Assembly: GCF_006345805.1 (NCBI RefSeq)
Contig: NC_043003.1
Span: 74,710,001 to 74,774,000 of the forward strand
Reading direction: 5' to 3'
Source: Octopus sinensis
Taxonomy: Eukaryota
Length of the DNA: 64,000 bases
Shown: one piece after another, positions 12,410 to 26,229 of the stretch
How the letters are laid out: every line of letters begins with the position of its first letter
Position numbering within the stretch: position 1 is the stretch's first letter
The notes under the pieces: model-generated
Told to the model about the DNA's origin: nothing
The model's database searches: none
What the model saw: only the letters and a program-made list of their open reading frames with translations
Translations under genes and position numbers: made by a program

Positions 12410-13900
12410 AGCTTTAATGGATGGTAGCATAAATGCATCTAGTCTAGATTCCCCATCAAGGAGGGAGTGCATGCTTAATGATTTAGGCAATCAGGTATGG
12501 ATGTGAGTACTACCAGAGAGACCAAAATTTCAGACATTATAGCACTGAGTTCTACGTATCTCGGAACCGATTTGAAATGGAGGCGGAGTAGCAGTGTTAT
12601 TTCGGAAAATTCTGCATCTCGAGATACTATGGATCATCTTGGACCCCGAAAGTAAATTTGTGGATCTGGTTTTGCACATCAGCGGTTTTGCCTTGAGACT
12701 AATTCGTGTCTACATCCCGAGAGAAGCATAGCAAGCAGATATCTCCAGGTTCTCGAAGTTTTCCTCGGAACTTCCCTCACCTTAGTGTAGTAGGCAACTG
12801 GAACACTATGTGGGATGCACGTTTGGATTGCATGGGGCGAACAGATAGAGCTGTGCACAAAATTTTCAAGACTGCACCAGCCAATGAAAACTCGGGTAAA
12901 CAGATCGTATCTCGACTGTATTCTAGAGAAGTGCACATGAGGATAGCTTCGGGGCTCTACAAATGAAATTACGCGTCTGTATAAACAAATTTATGGGGTA
13001 CACTAATAATTTTGTGATCTATTAGTGAAAGAATCTGGTTCGTGAAAAAAGGCACAACGTAACTGGTAAACAAACACTTTTTCCTGTCGTGCCAAGACAC
13101 AGAAGACTGGATTAACAAATTAGTCGAGCGGGAGTTGGATAAAACAAGCGTCAGCAACATATGGTGGGTAGATCTTAGAAGGCCTTGTACATTAGGGTCG
13201 ATACGGTTTAGTCTGGAACTAGTAATAGAGGTTTTCAGACTAGTAGGAGAGCTAAATAGGAAGAGAGATGAGGAACTTAGAAGATGCTTTTTAGATAGCT
13301 TGTTGACGGTTAGATTTCCCTTGACCAGTGTGAAGAACAGAGTTTGCCTTTTCAGAGTTAAAATGTGTTCTCTAGCAAATTAAGGAACGACAGATTGTGG
13401 ATGATAAGTGGTAGGTGCAACATGGTCACAAATCAAATATGATCGTCGACGCACAGGAATGGGCTTTAATGCTCGAATCCAAACATTAGCTTATTAGCGA
13501 TAATTATATAGTACCACATAAATGCCACGCCTTCCCTTCAGGGCTGCCCAGAAAGGAGTGCTCCCTCATTGTTTCTGCAGAGAGAACGTTTTCGGCTGGT
13601 CAGGCATTCCATTTGCAGTCAATGTCTGTTGCATTTAGGTGTAGTCAATGCATGTTGCATCATTAGGGTCATTGTATATGAAGATGAGAAAGTAATAACA
13701 TGGCTGTTTATGTGTAGCCGTGCGCTGAGTCTGCGGCATATCTAGCGCCTCCTTGTGGATAAACATATGTGGTAACAGTTTAGCCGTCTCATTTTTCCAC
13801 AGCTCGTTACAATGACGGAGCTGCAGTCCTAGCACCGAAAATGTAACCAGGCGCATACTTCCTTCTGCAAGTCGGGAAATTCGTCGACTACTTGCAGGCG
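12410..13900 (+). mobile_element. Decayed Tx1/L1-clade LINE ORF2 (APE endonuclease plus post-RT region, internally deleted)
   Basis: Manual translation: GSINASSL...RETKI; GGGVAVLFRK...ILDPESKFVDL; LRLIRVYIP; VVGNWNTMWD..LD (APE motifs N.RGL, ETK, GVA, VYAP, GDxN). Later LVRHSICSQ...WLFMCSRALSLRHI...FPQLVTMTELQS. Many stops and frameshifts. Confidence 0.7.
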
Positions 13901-14283
13901 AAAGTAATGTGTTACGCTACATACTTAAATAGTCGCATCAATGACAATATCCATTCACATTACTTTTATGTGTATAAAATTTTATTAAATGGAACATGAT
14001 TTAAACTCCTGATAAAAAGTCCTTGGTCAAAGTGTAAAGTCAATTAAATCTTTGCGAATATTAACTGAACTTAGAAAATAAAAACACGCAACTTACTATA
14101 TGAAGTTCGCCGCCGTCGCGCACGCAGAAATGTTTATCCAGATCAAAACCTGGCTGATAATTTATGAACTATATGCTAAAATATCGTGGAATATGCATTC
14201 AGAAACACACCCACTGAAATAAAATTGTGTCTGCGTGTGCGCGTGCGTGCGTGCATGTGTGTATGTAACAAAGAAAGATGGAG

Positions 14284-14336
<53 letters not shown>

Positions 14337-14699
14337 AGTGGGTGTCTGCTGGTTTTGCCTTTAAATCTTTAGAAAACTCACTGGTATATGCGCAAATATA
14401 TCTATTACTTTTTTAAGTATCTAAAACAAAAATATAAAGTAACATCCCATCTAACTCGTGGCTGCTATCCTCTCCCACCATTACTGCTCCGACTTTTCGC
14501 TTCCTTTTAATAAAGATTTCATAGACAAAATAATTCGATCAATGTACTTGGTTCTTTTATATTCATTTATTTTTCAAGAACGTTAGGATTAATATTAAAT
14601 ACGACTTTCGCTTGGGTTTGAAAGAAAGAATGATAAAAAATAAAGGAAGAATAAAAAAGATTTATATCGGAATAGTGTACTTCAATTTTGTCAGGAACT

Positions 14700-15045
14700 T
14701 TAACGATTATCTATTCCCGCCCTTCCCCCGCCCACACCCTGACAGTTTATCAATACTGCTACGCCGACATTTCTCTCGCATACGGCTATTGAGCTGGTTG
14801 GTGCTGCTTACTGCTGCAGCTGTTGCCTGCTGCCGGTCTTGTTGTTGTTGCTACTGCTGCTGCTGCTGCTAGAGTTGCTATTTCTGTAGACAGCAGCAGC
14901 GAAAGAAGTTAGTGCCGCCTAAATTTGAATCCATTCACAAGTGATTTCCTCAGCTGCGATGTATCACGGCTAAGTGGCGTCACATCACCCGATAACATGT
15001 TCCATTCAGTCGTTCATACAACTTTTCATTATCACTAAGGTACAT
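14700..15045 (+). promoter_or_regulatory. Candidate promoter / short first-exon region
   Basis: Transposon-free and relatively CpG-rich. Upstream (GA)n at 14288-14338, GC box CCCGCCC at ~14716, TGGCGTCA at ~14975, Inr-like TCAGTC at 15006-15011 and a weak donor AAG|GTACAT at 15040. Motif-level evidence only. Confidence 0.25.
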
Positions 15046-18000
15046 GAAATTTGTTAAATCAATACTGGAAGTATATGGTAAACACGTGCATACACACAAA
15101 CACATAAACTTATAAGCACACATTCACACACTCACGCACATAAAAGCACGCACACACTTGCATCAATAAATGCCTTCCTCGCTTTCGCACGTACATATGT
15201 AACCGAGCATAAGCAAATAGACATAACCGTATGTATTCAAACATATCCATACACGAATTTACTTCTACTTACATACAGCTATTTATTTGTACTGTTTAAC
15301 ACGCCGAACAAGGATATATCTATACATAATCACATTTACTAATAACACCCCACTCATCCAAACACCCATACATCCAGATTTACACGGATATATATTAACA
15401 CACGTATAAACACACGCGGCGCCCTTTGGCAGATACGCATGGTGACAATCATTCTTGGATATACTGTTTATTCTGTGTTGCATTTAATTTTATAGAAACA
15501 TTCATTTATGATCCCCAACAGTGTGTACCAATACAATGTTGGTCACTCCAGGGATAAAATAATCAGAAGCAAAAAAAAAAAAAGACACCGCGTCATGGTT
15601 TCGAAAATATGAATATACTTTAGATAAGAATACGGAATCCCAGATAACACTCAAACAGCTATCTAAAATTTCAAATGCTACAGGAATAGTTAATTCATTA
15701 TAAAAGTAGTCACGGCTGCATAAAGAATTAAAAAAGATATCACATCATAACTTTTGATATCTAATCAAACTCAGCTGTCATCAGATTTTTTCCCCGTCGA
15801 TTTGGTTTTATTTTTACTGCAAAATGCCGGTGACTGGATAATAAACCTGGATCGTTCAATCATTAGGGTCATGGTATATGAAGATGAGAAAGTAATAACT
15901 GAGTGAGTAGATATCAATCTCTTATGTATATTATGTGATTTAAATATTTTTCTTTTTTTTTTTGTATCTGCTTAGAAGATAAAGCGTTGCTCTGAATGAT
16001 GTTTCCTATTGTCAAGTTGTTAGTTTCGTAATTTTATAGCCACTTGTGATGTGTGCACTTTATCTACTTCGGTACACACACATCTCTGTCCGGTTTAAGA
16101 CCAACGGCTGATTCATGGAAGTTTTTAAAAGTAACTTCTTTGTTGCTAACATTGTGCTGCAGTTCTAGCCAGTGGATGAATTTCTCATTTCTTTCATCAG
16201 CTTTCCGCTATCCTATCTCGGACAACCAGAGGTTGGTAGAAGCTGCACTTACTGGTATTGAATAAATATATGCATAATTGTACGTATGTATGTATGTATG
16301 TATGTATGCATGTGTGCACGTATGTATGCATGTATGCATGTATGCTTGCATGTGTATATATATATTTATTTTTGTTTAGAATTTGTGTGAATTTGTATGG
16401 AATAAGAACTCAACTGTCGGTTAAACACAGTTCAATTTTGATGGGTACACTATGTATAAAAGCGCTAATATTAAAATATTATAAAAACAGACTGTTACAC
16501 CATAATTCAACAAATATATACATACATACATACATACATATATATATATATATATTGCAATTGATGTGGATATATATGCGTGTGTGTACGTGTGTTTATA
16601 GCAGTTTGTTAAAAATTTACCTTCCTTTAAAGACTATGTATACATGCATAGATAAATGCATAAATACATACACGCATACACACACACACACACACAGACA
16701 CACGCACACACATATATGTACAGAGAGTCAGTGAAAGGGAGAGAGATGCATGTATATAATATTTTTAAAAGTTATATTTAATTGCACTGAATTCACAAAC
16801 ATCTTACTATCTACATATCTACTTCATATACACTTCAATACTTTTCACTATACACTTCTCTACTTTATAATAGAGGCTGGGTTTCCTTTATGCAGAACGC
16901 TGCATTTTTGGCGTGTTTTCTTTCTTTATTGTTGTTTTTATTGGAGCTGCCGTATGACTTAACCGGTAATGAAGTTCATGAATGTTATAAAACTTATATT
17001 GTCATTTAAGCTCAGGTGGGTCCCGATCGACCACACTTTGATCAATAGCATTCCAGCCACTATCGTTGTGTGTCTGCTATTTAGGGGTAGGAATTCTATG
17101 ATCACATAATCTCTTTGTTTTGGAGAATATTTCACTGTTATATTTTGGAGATCTAAACTTGCGTAGCGTTTCTATTATCCGTTCCTGAAAAAAAAAACTT
17201 GTCTAAGAAATCTAAAACTTTGTTGTAGAAACTACATTATTTTTTATATTCTACCTTTTGCTTTATTCATTGCAATTTAGCCATGTTGGGTTAATTCAGG
17301 TAAGAGTACATTCAGTAACTATAAATTCACTACTTGTGCTTTTGTCCGCTAAGAGAAGGAAATGTAGAATTTAAGTGCCGTTTTTTTTTTCTGAGAACAT
17401 TAAGTAGCAAAACCAAACACTTCAAACTATTTTGTTTAATGTTGAACTTTTGATTTAATCCAACTGACCGAGGAATAAATTATAGTGTTTTGGGTAATAC
17501 CCAATGTAACTGTTTTATTTTTCTTCTCAGAACGAATCCCCGTAAAACTATGTATTTCTTTCCTTACAGGATAGCTTTTAAGGGGTGGGGTCGTCTTTAT
17601 CTTTAACATTGCAATATAATATAGTAAGGTATAGTTAAATTTTGATTTCATGAAACACGAGGTTATATTTTGCCTTCTCCTAATCTATTGATGTAAAGCA
17701 AGGGTTGAAGATACGGTATATACTCCCACAAATGTAAAATACAGTTATTAGTATTTAATTATGTAAGCTTAAGCTCTCAATTGCAAAATGACCATGCTTA
17801 ATTTACATATTAGAGGTCGATTTATTTACAAATTTACAGAACTAATTAATTTCTTCATGAAACAATTTCCCGAAAAAACATCTCCTATGGTATCAAATCT
17901 ATAGATCAGAGTGTATATTCACAGCATTTCTTTTCGTTGTTAATTTTGCTGGACATGTACGTTTTTGTATGAAGAATATTGAAATAGTCATAAACAGTTT

Positions 18001-18935
18001 ACTAAAACACTTAGGAACGGCAACGAGTTGGGTAGAAAACTAAATAAGTGACTATACTTTGCATCCTCACCGCATAAAACACTGGAGTAAAGTAAAATCA
18101 AACCATAACGCAAACAAACCAGAAATTTTAAAGTTTTGAATGTTGCTACTAAGTAGTCACGTGATCTGTAGCTGGTGTTTTTAGTTTCCGTTTTCAGAAA
18201 ATGAACTAAATGAGAGTAAGAAATTAAGGCAGAATTATTTACAAAGGCCATCATCTATAAATTGTTTCATTTCAGAGAATATTAACTTCATTGTTATATC
18301 AAGCTTTCACTCCATTACACATACGAAAGTCTGATACGTTATCAGACGGCACTACACACAAGAGAGAACGTGTCTGCTTACACAAATATCAAACGAAACG
18401 AAAACCGTGATTTCGTTGTCACAGTGATTTAAGTAATAAAGGAGGATGTAAAATAACAATATCCGAAATGTCGGACAGTGGCCTGTAGTATGAAGAGCCA
18501 CCTTACTAACGACTATATAAAACTAAAGTAATCTACTATTATTGGCTTATACAAACACGGAAACAAATTAGAATAGGAATGAGGAGTACAATGAGAAATC
18601 ATTAAAGGAAATAAAATTCCGGTAAGGTTCATTTCACCGGCACCAGACATAGCGAGTAAATATACACAAACGGCCACAAGCACACGCAATAGAAAACGCA
18701 TGATCAAGTATAGGGGTAGTGAAATACTTCGCAATATGCATGTGAATGTGTATGCGAGTATATATATATATATTTTAAATATTAGACTCACACTCACACA
18801 AAAACGGCCGCACACATATATGTAATGCATATACATTATATGTTACATATATAATTATGTGTTATATATACGCTTGTATAGGTGTGTGTATACATAGATT
18901 CAAAGTTATATATACACACATATATACATATGTAT

Positions 18936-19018
<83 letters not shown>

Positions 19019-19057
19019 CACACATAGAGAGTGAGAGAGAGAGAGGCAGACACAAAA

Positions 19058-19206
19058 GAAGCTCTGTGGTAAGTAGCTTGCTCACCAACAACATGGTTCT
19101 GGGTTCAGTGCCACTGCGTTGTATCTTGAGCAAGTGTCTTTTACTATAGCTTCGGCCTATATATAGTAGTGGATTTGGTAGACCGAAACTGAAAGAAAAC
19201 CAGTCA
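19058..19206 (+). mobile_element. SINE family B, 5' part (tRNA head plus CORE-like segment)
   Basis: TGTGGTAAGTAGCTTGCTCACCAACAACATGGTTCTGGGTTCAGTGCCACTGCG...TTGAGCAAGTGTCTT...GGATTTGGTAGAC; homologous to 58815-59224. Confidence 0.8.
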
Positions 19207-19335
<129 letters not shown>

Positions 19336-19915
19336 GTGTGTGCGTGTATGTATTTGTATGTATATATATATGTGTGTGTAGTCTTGCATATACATATATA
19401 TATATAAATATATATGCGCATAACGCTAATTACACATCAATGTGCGTATGCATGTGTGTTTGTGTATGTTTCTGTGCGTGTGTGTGCACGTTTGTGTGTC
19501 TGAGTTTTGGGGTGTAAGTAAGTGTAATATCTTAAATATATCTTACACAATTTTTTCGATATTTTATCGAATTTCATATATAAAAACGCTTTTAAAAAAT
19601 AAAGTATCTTCTATGAATTACGGGGTTATTTATTTGGAACGGTTAATTCATACACATGCCATGAAGCAATTTTAATCTGAGTGTCCCTCACCTTCGTTAT
19701 CGGATGACCGGAACAACTTCACATTTGGAATCACTTCCACCAAAACAAAGCGCGTCGCTCAGACGTCCACTTCATTTTGTCAAGCATAGGAAATATTTAC
19801 AAATATGTGTTTTTTCACTTTTAAAAGCACGAACAGCATCCAGTTTTGGAAATTTACAGACACGACATTCCGTAAGACCATAACAACCACCACACACAAA
19901 CATCTGTACTTGCAA

Positions 19916-19961
<46 letters not shown>

Positions 19962-20018
19962 ATATAAGTATACATATGCTTATATATATGATACATTTAT
20001 AAAAGTACATCTGTATAT

Positions 20019-20051
<33 letters not shown>

Positions 20052-20460
20052 GCGCAGGGCAGGGGTGCCTGTGTGGTAAATAGCTGCTTACCGGCTCCGG
20101 GTTCAGTCACACTGCGTGACACCTTGGGCAACTGTCTTCTGCTATAGCCTCGGGCCAACCAAAGCCTTATATGTATGTATATGTGTGTATGTTTGTGCGT
20201 GTGTGTGTGTGTGTGTGTGTATGTGTGTGTGAGTGTGTTTGTGAGTGTACTTGCCCCCCCCCCCCGACATCGCATGACATTCGATGCTGGCGTGCTTACG
20301 TTCCCGTAACCTAGCGGTTCGGCAAAAAGAGAGTATAGTATAAGTATTAGGCTTAGAAGGAATATGACCTGGGGACCATTTGCTCGACTAAACAGGTGGT
20401 ACTCCACCATGGCTACAGTCAAATGAGTGAAATAAATAACAGAATAAAAGAATAAAAGAA
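20052..20460 (+). mobile_element. SINE family B, near full length with internal (GT)n
   Basis: GTGTGGTAAATAGCTGCTTACC...GGGTTCAGTCACACTGCGTGACACCTTGGGCAAC...GCGGTTCGGCAAAA...CATGGCTACAGTCAAATGAGTGAAA, then an (AATAAAAG)n tail. Confidence 0.85.
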
Positions 20461-20691
20461 TATATGCACACCTACACTTTATATATAATGATATGTATGT
20501 GAATGTATGTATGTGCCTATGTATGCGTCTGTGTATGCGAATGTGTGTGTACCTCTTTAAATGGAAAGTATGGGAAATGTTTTCGTTGTGTCTGTAAGTA
20601 CTTACACACACGCGCATTGACACATATATACTTATTTATACACATACATATAAACATATAAATAAATGCACACACACACACACACATATAT

Positions 20692-20912
20692 GTGGAGGCG
20701 CGTGGCTTAGTGGTTAGGGTGTCAGCATCATGACCGTAAGATTGTGCTTTCGATTCTCGGACCGGGCGACGCGATATGTTCTTGACCAAAACACTTCATT
20801 TCAAGTTGGTCCAGTCCACTCAGCTGGCAAAAATTAGTAACGCTGCGATGGACTGGAGTCATAGAAACCGGGAAGCCGGGCCCATGAGCCTGGCTAGGCT
20901 TTAAAAAGGGCG
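20692..20912 (+). mobile_element. tRNA-derived SINE with V-domain-like body
   Basis: Head GTGGAGGCGCGTGGCTTAGTGGTTAGGG...TTTCGATTCTCGGACCGGG; body CTGCGATGGACTGG...AGAAACCGGGAAGCCGGGCC resembles the V-SINE domain (family name inferred). Confidence 0.7.
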
Positions 20913-21124
20913 CTATATATATATATGCATTACACATGTGTGCGGCATATACATACGCATTTGAGCTAGGTTGCTGTAGCGATCCTCCGAAGCTCTAACT
21001 TGCCTGAGACCAAATGAAGCCGTTTTAAATAATTTTACATGTAACTCCAATTAAACCTGTTGAGTGTCTCTTTCTTTCGGTTGTCCACCCAATCATGTAT
21101 ATGCATATATGTATACATATATTT

Positions 21125-21290
21125 AACCTTTCACCTTTTAGTTGCTTCGGTCATAAGACTGCGGTCGTGCTGAAGCACCATCTTTAATAATTTTATACTA
21201 TAGCTATATTTTAGCCGAACCGCTAACTTTTGACGACGTAAAAACGCCAGCACCAGGTGTGAGGTGGTGGTGGGTTATAAACGCAAACGC
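21125..21290 (-). mobile_element. SINE family B, 3' half
   Basis: GACTGCGGTCGTGCTGAAGCACCA and GCCGAACCGCTAAC...ACGTAAAAACGCCAGCACC match 58830-58990. Confidence 0.65.
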
Positions 21291-21649
21291 AGTCTCACAC
21301 ACGCGCACACACACACACTCTCTCTCTCACACACACGCACGCACACACAAATATACATACATGTATGTATATTCTTGTAATTGTCATTTTAATAAATAAA
21401 TAAATAAGCTCTCTAAAAGTTGATGAATCACCTCTTGGTCCCTTCAATTTTCCTATTGCTCTTTAAATTAATGGTAAAATATTTCTTTACGTTCACCCAT
21501 TTAGTACACACGGTAATGAATTTGCAATGCAATAAAAACTACTTGTCTATTAATAATTGAGTATTCTACCAGCAGTATATTTGATAGATATTATCCCTTG
21601 GTTTGATTCACAGCCTCTAACTTTCTTGGAATATATATATAAATATATA

Positions 21650-21860
21650 TAGGAGAGTTTACGAAAAAGACATAAGACGATGACAGGTGGTGTACAAAAA
21701 AAAAAAAAACATGTATTAGTATAACTCTCAGGAATAGAAAAAGTCCTTTACGTTTCGAGCCTACGCTCTTCTACAAAAAGGGACACAGAAAAAAAACAAG
21801 GTGAGAAACAAGGAGAGAAAAAAAGGAGAGAAAAAAAGGAGAGAAAAGGAGAGAAAAATA
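21650..21860 (-). mobile_element. Hammerhead-bearing element, subfamily D2
   Basis: Minus strand GTGTCCCTTT-TTGTAGA-A-GAGC(GTAG)GCTC-GAAA-CGTA-AAGGAC...CCTGAGAGTTATACTAATAC...CGTAAACTCTCC(TA)n. Confidence 0.85.
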
Positions 21861-22557
21861 TATATATAAAACCATGTAGAAAGTTAAAGAGTTCCAGTTT
21901 GGTACATTTTTGTACAAAATTTCACGCTGTTACCAATTTCGATGGTCAAACTGTACCTTCTGTTTAACAATATAAATGCTTTCCAATACCATTATCACTC
22001 CCAAGCTAACTTGTATTAGGAAATATGCCTTGATTCGAGCAAAGTAACTGCCAGCAATAACTATTAAATTTCAACCAACAATTTTAACGCAGGTAGAAAA
22101 CCTTGAATAAGTCATAAATACAGAAAAACAGTCGGGAAAGTTGTTGATTGCAGGTCCTTTCGAAACTAGCTGACCTGTGGTTAAACAACACCCCTTTCTG
22201 AGTATATTGACTAAATCAATTTTGTCTCCCTTGACGCTTGCTAAGTGTTTGATGGTATTTTCTATCAGAATCACTCTGCTGAATTCTTAATAGTTTCTGT
22301 CACTTCCCTATTACATCGTTATATTACATTATGGATTCAGGAGAGTTTGTTTCTTGTCTTTGTTTATTTATTTATTTCTTCGTTTTTTTTAAAATCTTTT
22401 TTTCCTTATTGTCTCAATATTCGGTTATTAACCCTGCAGCCTTAATTCTCTACGTTGTATTACATTCTGTAGTCTTTGCAGCTTTTATCTCTCTCGCTCT
22501 CTCTCTTTGAATCTCCATATCTCTCTGTATCTCTCTCTCCTCTCACTCATACACGCG

Positions 22558-22621
<64 letters not shown>

Positions 22622-22655
22622 GTATGTATGTGATAATATATATGAATATGCATTC

Positions 22656-22686
<31 letters not shown>

Positions 22687-22706
22687 CATGTGAGTGTGCG
22701 TATATA

Positions 22707-22746
<40 letters not shown>

Positions 22747-23163
22747 ATACGTATATATGAGACTTCGTATACACACACATGTGGATATATATATATATAT
22801 ATATATGTTTGAGTGTGTACGTATGCATGTTTGGAGTGTATTTAGATGGATTAGGATTTCATTTTTATCTTTGTCTTAGTTTTTTTCTAAAATGTTTTCT
22901 AAACTGTCTTGCTCTACGTAGAGCAAGATATGGAATTCCTATGAACGGTATATAGTAACGAAACCTCCTATACCGACACAGAACTAAACTGGTTATTCAT
23001 AAATATAATTTTCTTCTCCAGCATCTTGCTCTTCGTCTATCGGTTCTTTTGCCCAAACATCATGTTACGAAGCCGTAAAGTAACTAAATTTAGCTGTCAA
23101 GCGACGAGTGAATACATACAAACACAAATCACACACGAGGTTTTTCCGTTTCATAGGTTTTCT

Positions 23164-23529
23164 TATTTATCTATTCCCCATAAGGGGCTAAACATAGAGG
23201 GGACAGACAAAGGGATTAAGTCCATTATATTAACTGGTACTAAATTTATCGACCCGAAAGGATGAAAGGCAAAGTCGACCTCGGCGGAATTTGAAATAGG
23301 TACGTAACGGCAGACGGAATAACTAGGGGCTAAACACAGAGGGGACAAAGGACAGACAAACGGATTAAGTCGATTATATCGACCCCAGTGCGTAACTGAT
23401 ACTTATTTAATCGGCCCCGAAAGGATAAAAGCAAAGTCGACCTCGGCGGAATTTGAACTCAGAACGTAGCAAGCAGACGGAATTCCGCTAAGCATTTCGC
23501 CCGGCTTGCTAACGTGCTAACGTTTATGC
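23164..23529 (-). mobile_element. Tandem dimer of SINE family C nested in a family B SINE (23120-23640), with 10-bp TSD
   Basis: GGGGCTAAACA(T/C)AGAGGGGAC...GCAAAGTCGACCTCGGCGGAATTTGAA occurs twice. TAGGTTTTCT flanks the insert at 23154-23163 and 23530-23539. The family B head (CAGTGGG.CTGAA...CTTCTTACCACAC) resumes after it. Confidence 0.8.
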
Positions 23530-25549
23530 TAGGTTTTCTGTCGCCCTATAATAGTAGACACCTGCACAAAGTGCCGCAGTGGGTCTGAATATGAAACCAT
23601 GTCACTGAGAAGCAAACTTCTTACCACACGTCCATGACTGCAAACTACACTTTAAAATTTCGCTTTGATTATTTTACTAGTTTTCGGGTTATTTTCCCCC
23701 TATGTGAAATTAATGACTTACCTTGTAACTGTTTTTTATAAATGACAGACGTAATTTGCAGTGGGGAGTGGGCGGCCATTACGGGCGAACGTTTGTGTAT
23801 GTATAGATATGTCTGTTTGCGTGTATGCATACGCGCGTCTTTGTATGCGTTTATACGAGAGGCATCCTTAAAACTTCTGGTTGCTAAATTTTATTCATAT
23901 GTTATTAGTGAAATCAAAGGTATGTTAAATGGCAAGATTTTGTCTACAATAATTGCGTGATATTTGTAAGAAGTGGGAACAGTTGTTATTTTGAATTGAA
24001 GTTGCTAAATATTACATTATAATAAAGTCAACTAAGATAAGTATACTTGTTTTAATCACTCCCTTCCTCCTTTTTCCCTTTCTCTTTATCGCTTACTCTG
24101 TCACCCTCTCACACACAAATACAATCACATAGACAAACATACATGTATATATTTTGCAACAAATTTAATGTTATGTTCCTATGGAAACATTCCCTGTAAG
24201 AAGTAGGAGTTATTTAGGATTTTCTTCCTCGAGTTTATTTTCTGTGCAGATTTCTGTTTCCTTCTTAAATCTCTTCCATAACTTCGACTGAAAACATTGA
24301 CGTTAAATTTGTGCCTGTATGGAAAACAATGCTCTATTGTAATACTAATACCATAGCATGAAATAGCAGGGCTATAACATTTACTTTTGTTTTACAAGCT
24401 TATCATTTACGATTTCGGTATTGATAACTTGAATACCAACAGTGCAAAACAGGAGCTTTCAATTCTAGTTAGATCCTGATTAAACAAGGGTGGCTGTGAA
24501 AAGTAGTCGACTACGATAAAAGAGATATTTCGTATAAAATGTCAGCAAAGTCGTAAATAAAGTAATGAAGGTGTGACATTTTAATGCACTTAACAAGAGC
24601 CAGATCACTAACATTAAATGGAAATAGAGTGTCGTATAAAATCTGTTGAAGAGAAATAATCGACTGGATTAGAAGAATGACAACTTGGTTACATGTTGGG
24701 GTAAATCCAGTGTGCTGCTGATTATTTTAATAAAACACTTAAGTCTACTGAATGGACTCATGTCAGCTCAGTAGTTGGCACTGATTTCTAATCATATATT
24801 GAAGTTTTCTCTAGAACTGTATTCATAAATGTTCCATGGGTGTATACAGGAATACTTTTATATACACCAATACAAACAAACACAAGCATACGCACACACA
24901 AATATATTCATATGCATATGTATACGCACATACCATAACGTATTGATGCATTCTCAATATGTTCTGGCAGATTCAAACGTAAATATCTAATCTCTTTTGT
25001 CTGTCCTCTATCGGAGAATTTCCTCATCCCTTACGAGAATGTGAGTCACCGGTTCCCAGGATAAAAGGGACTTTGAGACATCACGGGGTTTCGACTTTGT
25101 TGTATGTCACCTCTGGCAAAACTAATCTGCAGATTCAGTGAATCAGACAAGTGCACGAATACTTATTTGTAGGAATCAGCAAACAAAATATCTGTTGATG
25201 CGTTGTGTTGTCTTCCGTGCTGCGTAAATACAGGGGCGTCACGCAGAACAACGCATGCATCCATTAGTATGTCGTGGTAGATTCGAACGTGAATGTCTGA
25301 TCACCGTTGCTTTTTCATCGTTGGAGAACACCTCTTCCCTTTATACGTTGTGTGCCGTTGCCGCAAGTGATTCACCTGTGGAAAGAGACTTTCAGGCAAC
25401 ATAGTGTTTTGACCTTGTGTATCTCGTCTGACAAGTTTAGCTTACTAGACCAAAGAAGTTTAAAAAATCACGAACTACGGTTTATATGAAAGAGAAAATA
25501 ATTAAGTTGCGCAATAAATAATTAGAAATATACATGACAGCCAACTAGT

Positions 25550-25850
25550 TCAACTATAGGGGGACTATTTGATAATCATCGTCATATTGAACAGACCAAA
25601 CAACTAAATAACTTAATTTTCATCTTGACTCATGCAATGACAATCGATCTGAAGATTGCCTTATAAAGATTCAAAAATTTACCCACTGAGAAACATTGTT
25701 TTCGGGCATACGGTGGTTAAAAATTAAATTACTGAATTATCCTTACGGGATTTGAATTCACATTATGTAAACCAATGACGTTGATAATGTGAATGAAATA
25801 GTCTGGTTTTACGTCCGCTAGGCAACAAATATAGCCACACCACTAGTAAT
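25550..25850 (+). mobile_element. Possible Helitron relic
   Basis: Weak ILT..ND...LPTEK similarity to PIF1 helicase; ends in ACTAGT (CTAG 3' terminus). Confidence 0.25.
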
Positions 25851-26229
25851 TTCTTTTGATATAAGTCATTGATTTGTTAAATTATTTGATACTGTTCATA
25901 CCGAATAAGTTCTTACGCCATGTTTAATTTTTTTTGTGTACACATTTGTTTCTACAAATAATACTACTATACATTATACTCTCTTCCTCTTTATCTGTCT
26001 TACACGCACACATACTCACACAACTAAACACACACATACACACTCACCGGCGTACAGACACATTTTTCACTATTTTATTTCATGATATTTTAATTCCGCT
26101 CTTTTAGATATGTTTAGTCTCTAGAGATGTACTTCCTGAACGCAACCAATAGAATATTAATCACTAAATTCAGGAGACATCTGAAGTTGTATTTAAGGTG
26201 TATTTACTTTTCGTTCCTATATCTATAAT

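Noticed and set aside
21900-22330. Possible APE endonuclease relic on the minus strand (VTET..., IVIAG); similar weak signal at 5480-5700 on the plus strand
   Set aside because: Catalytic motifs are not convincingly recoverable by eye.
25198-25268. ATGCGTTGT...ACAACGCAT hairpin as a Helitron 3' end or terminator
   Set aside because: Only 9-bp arms with a long loop and no exact CTRR terminus at the expected distance.
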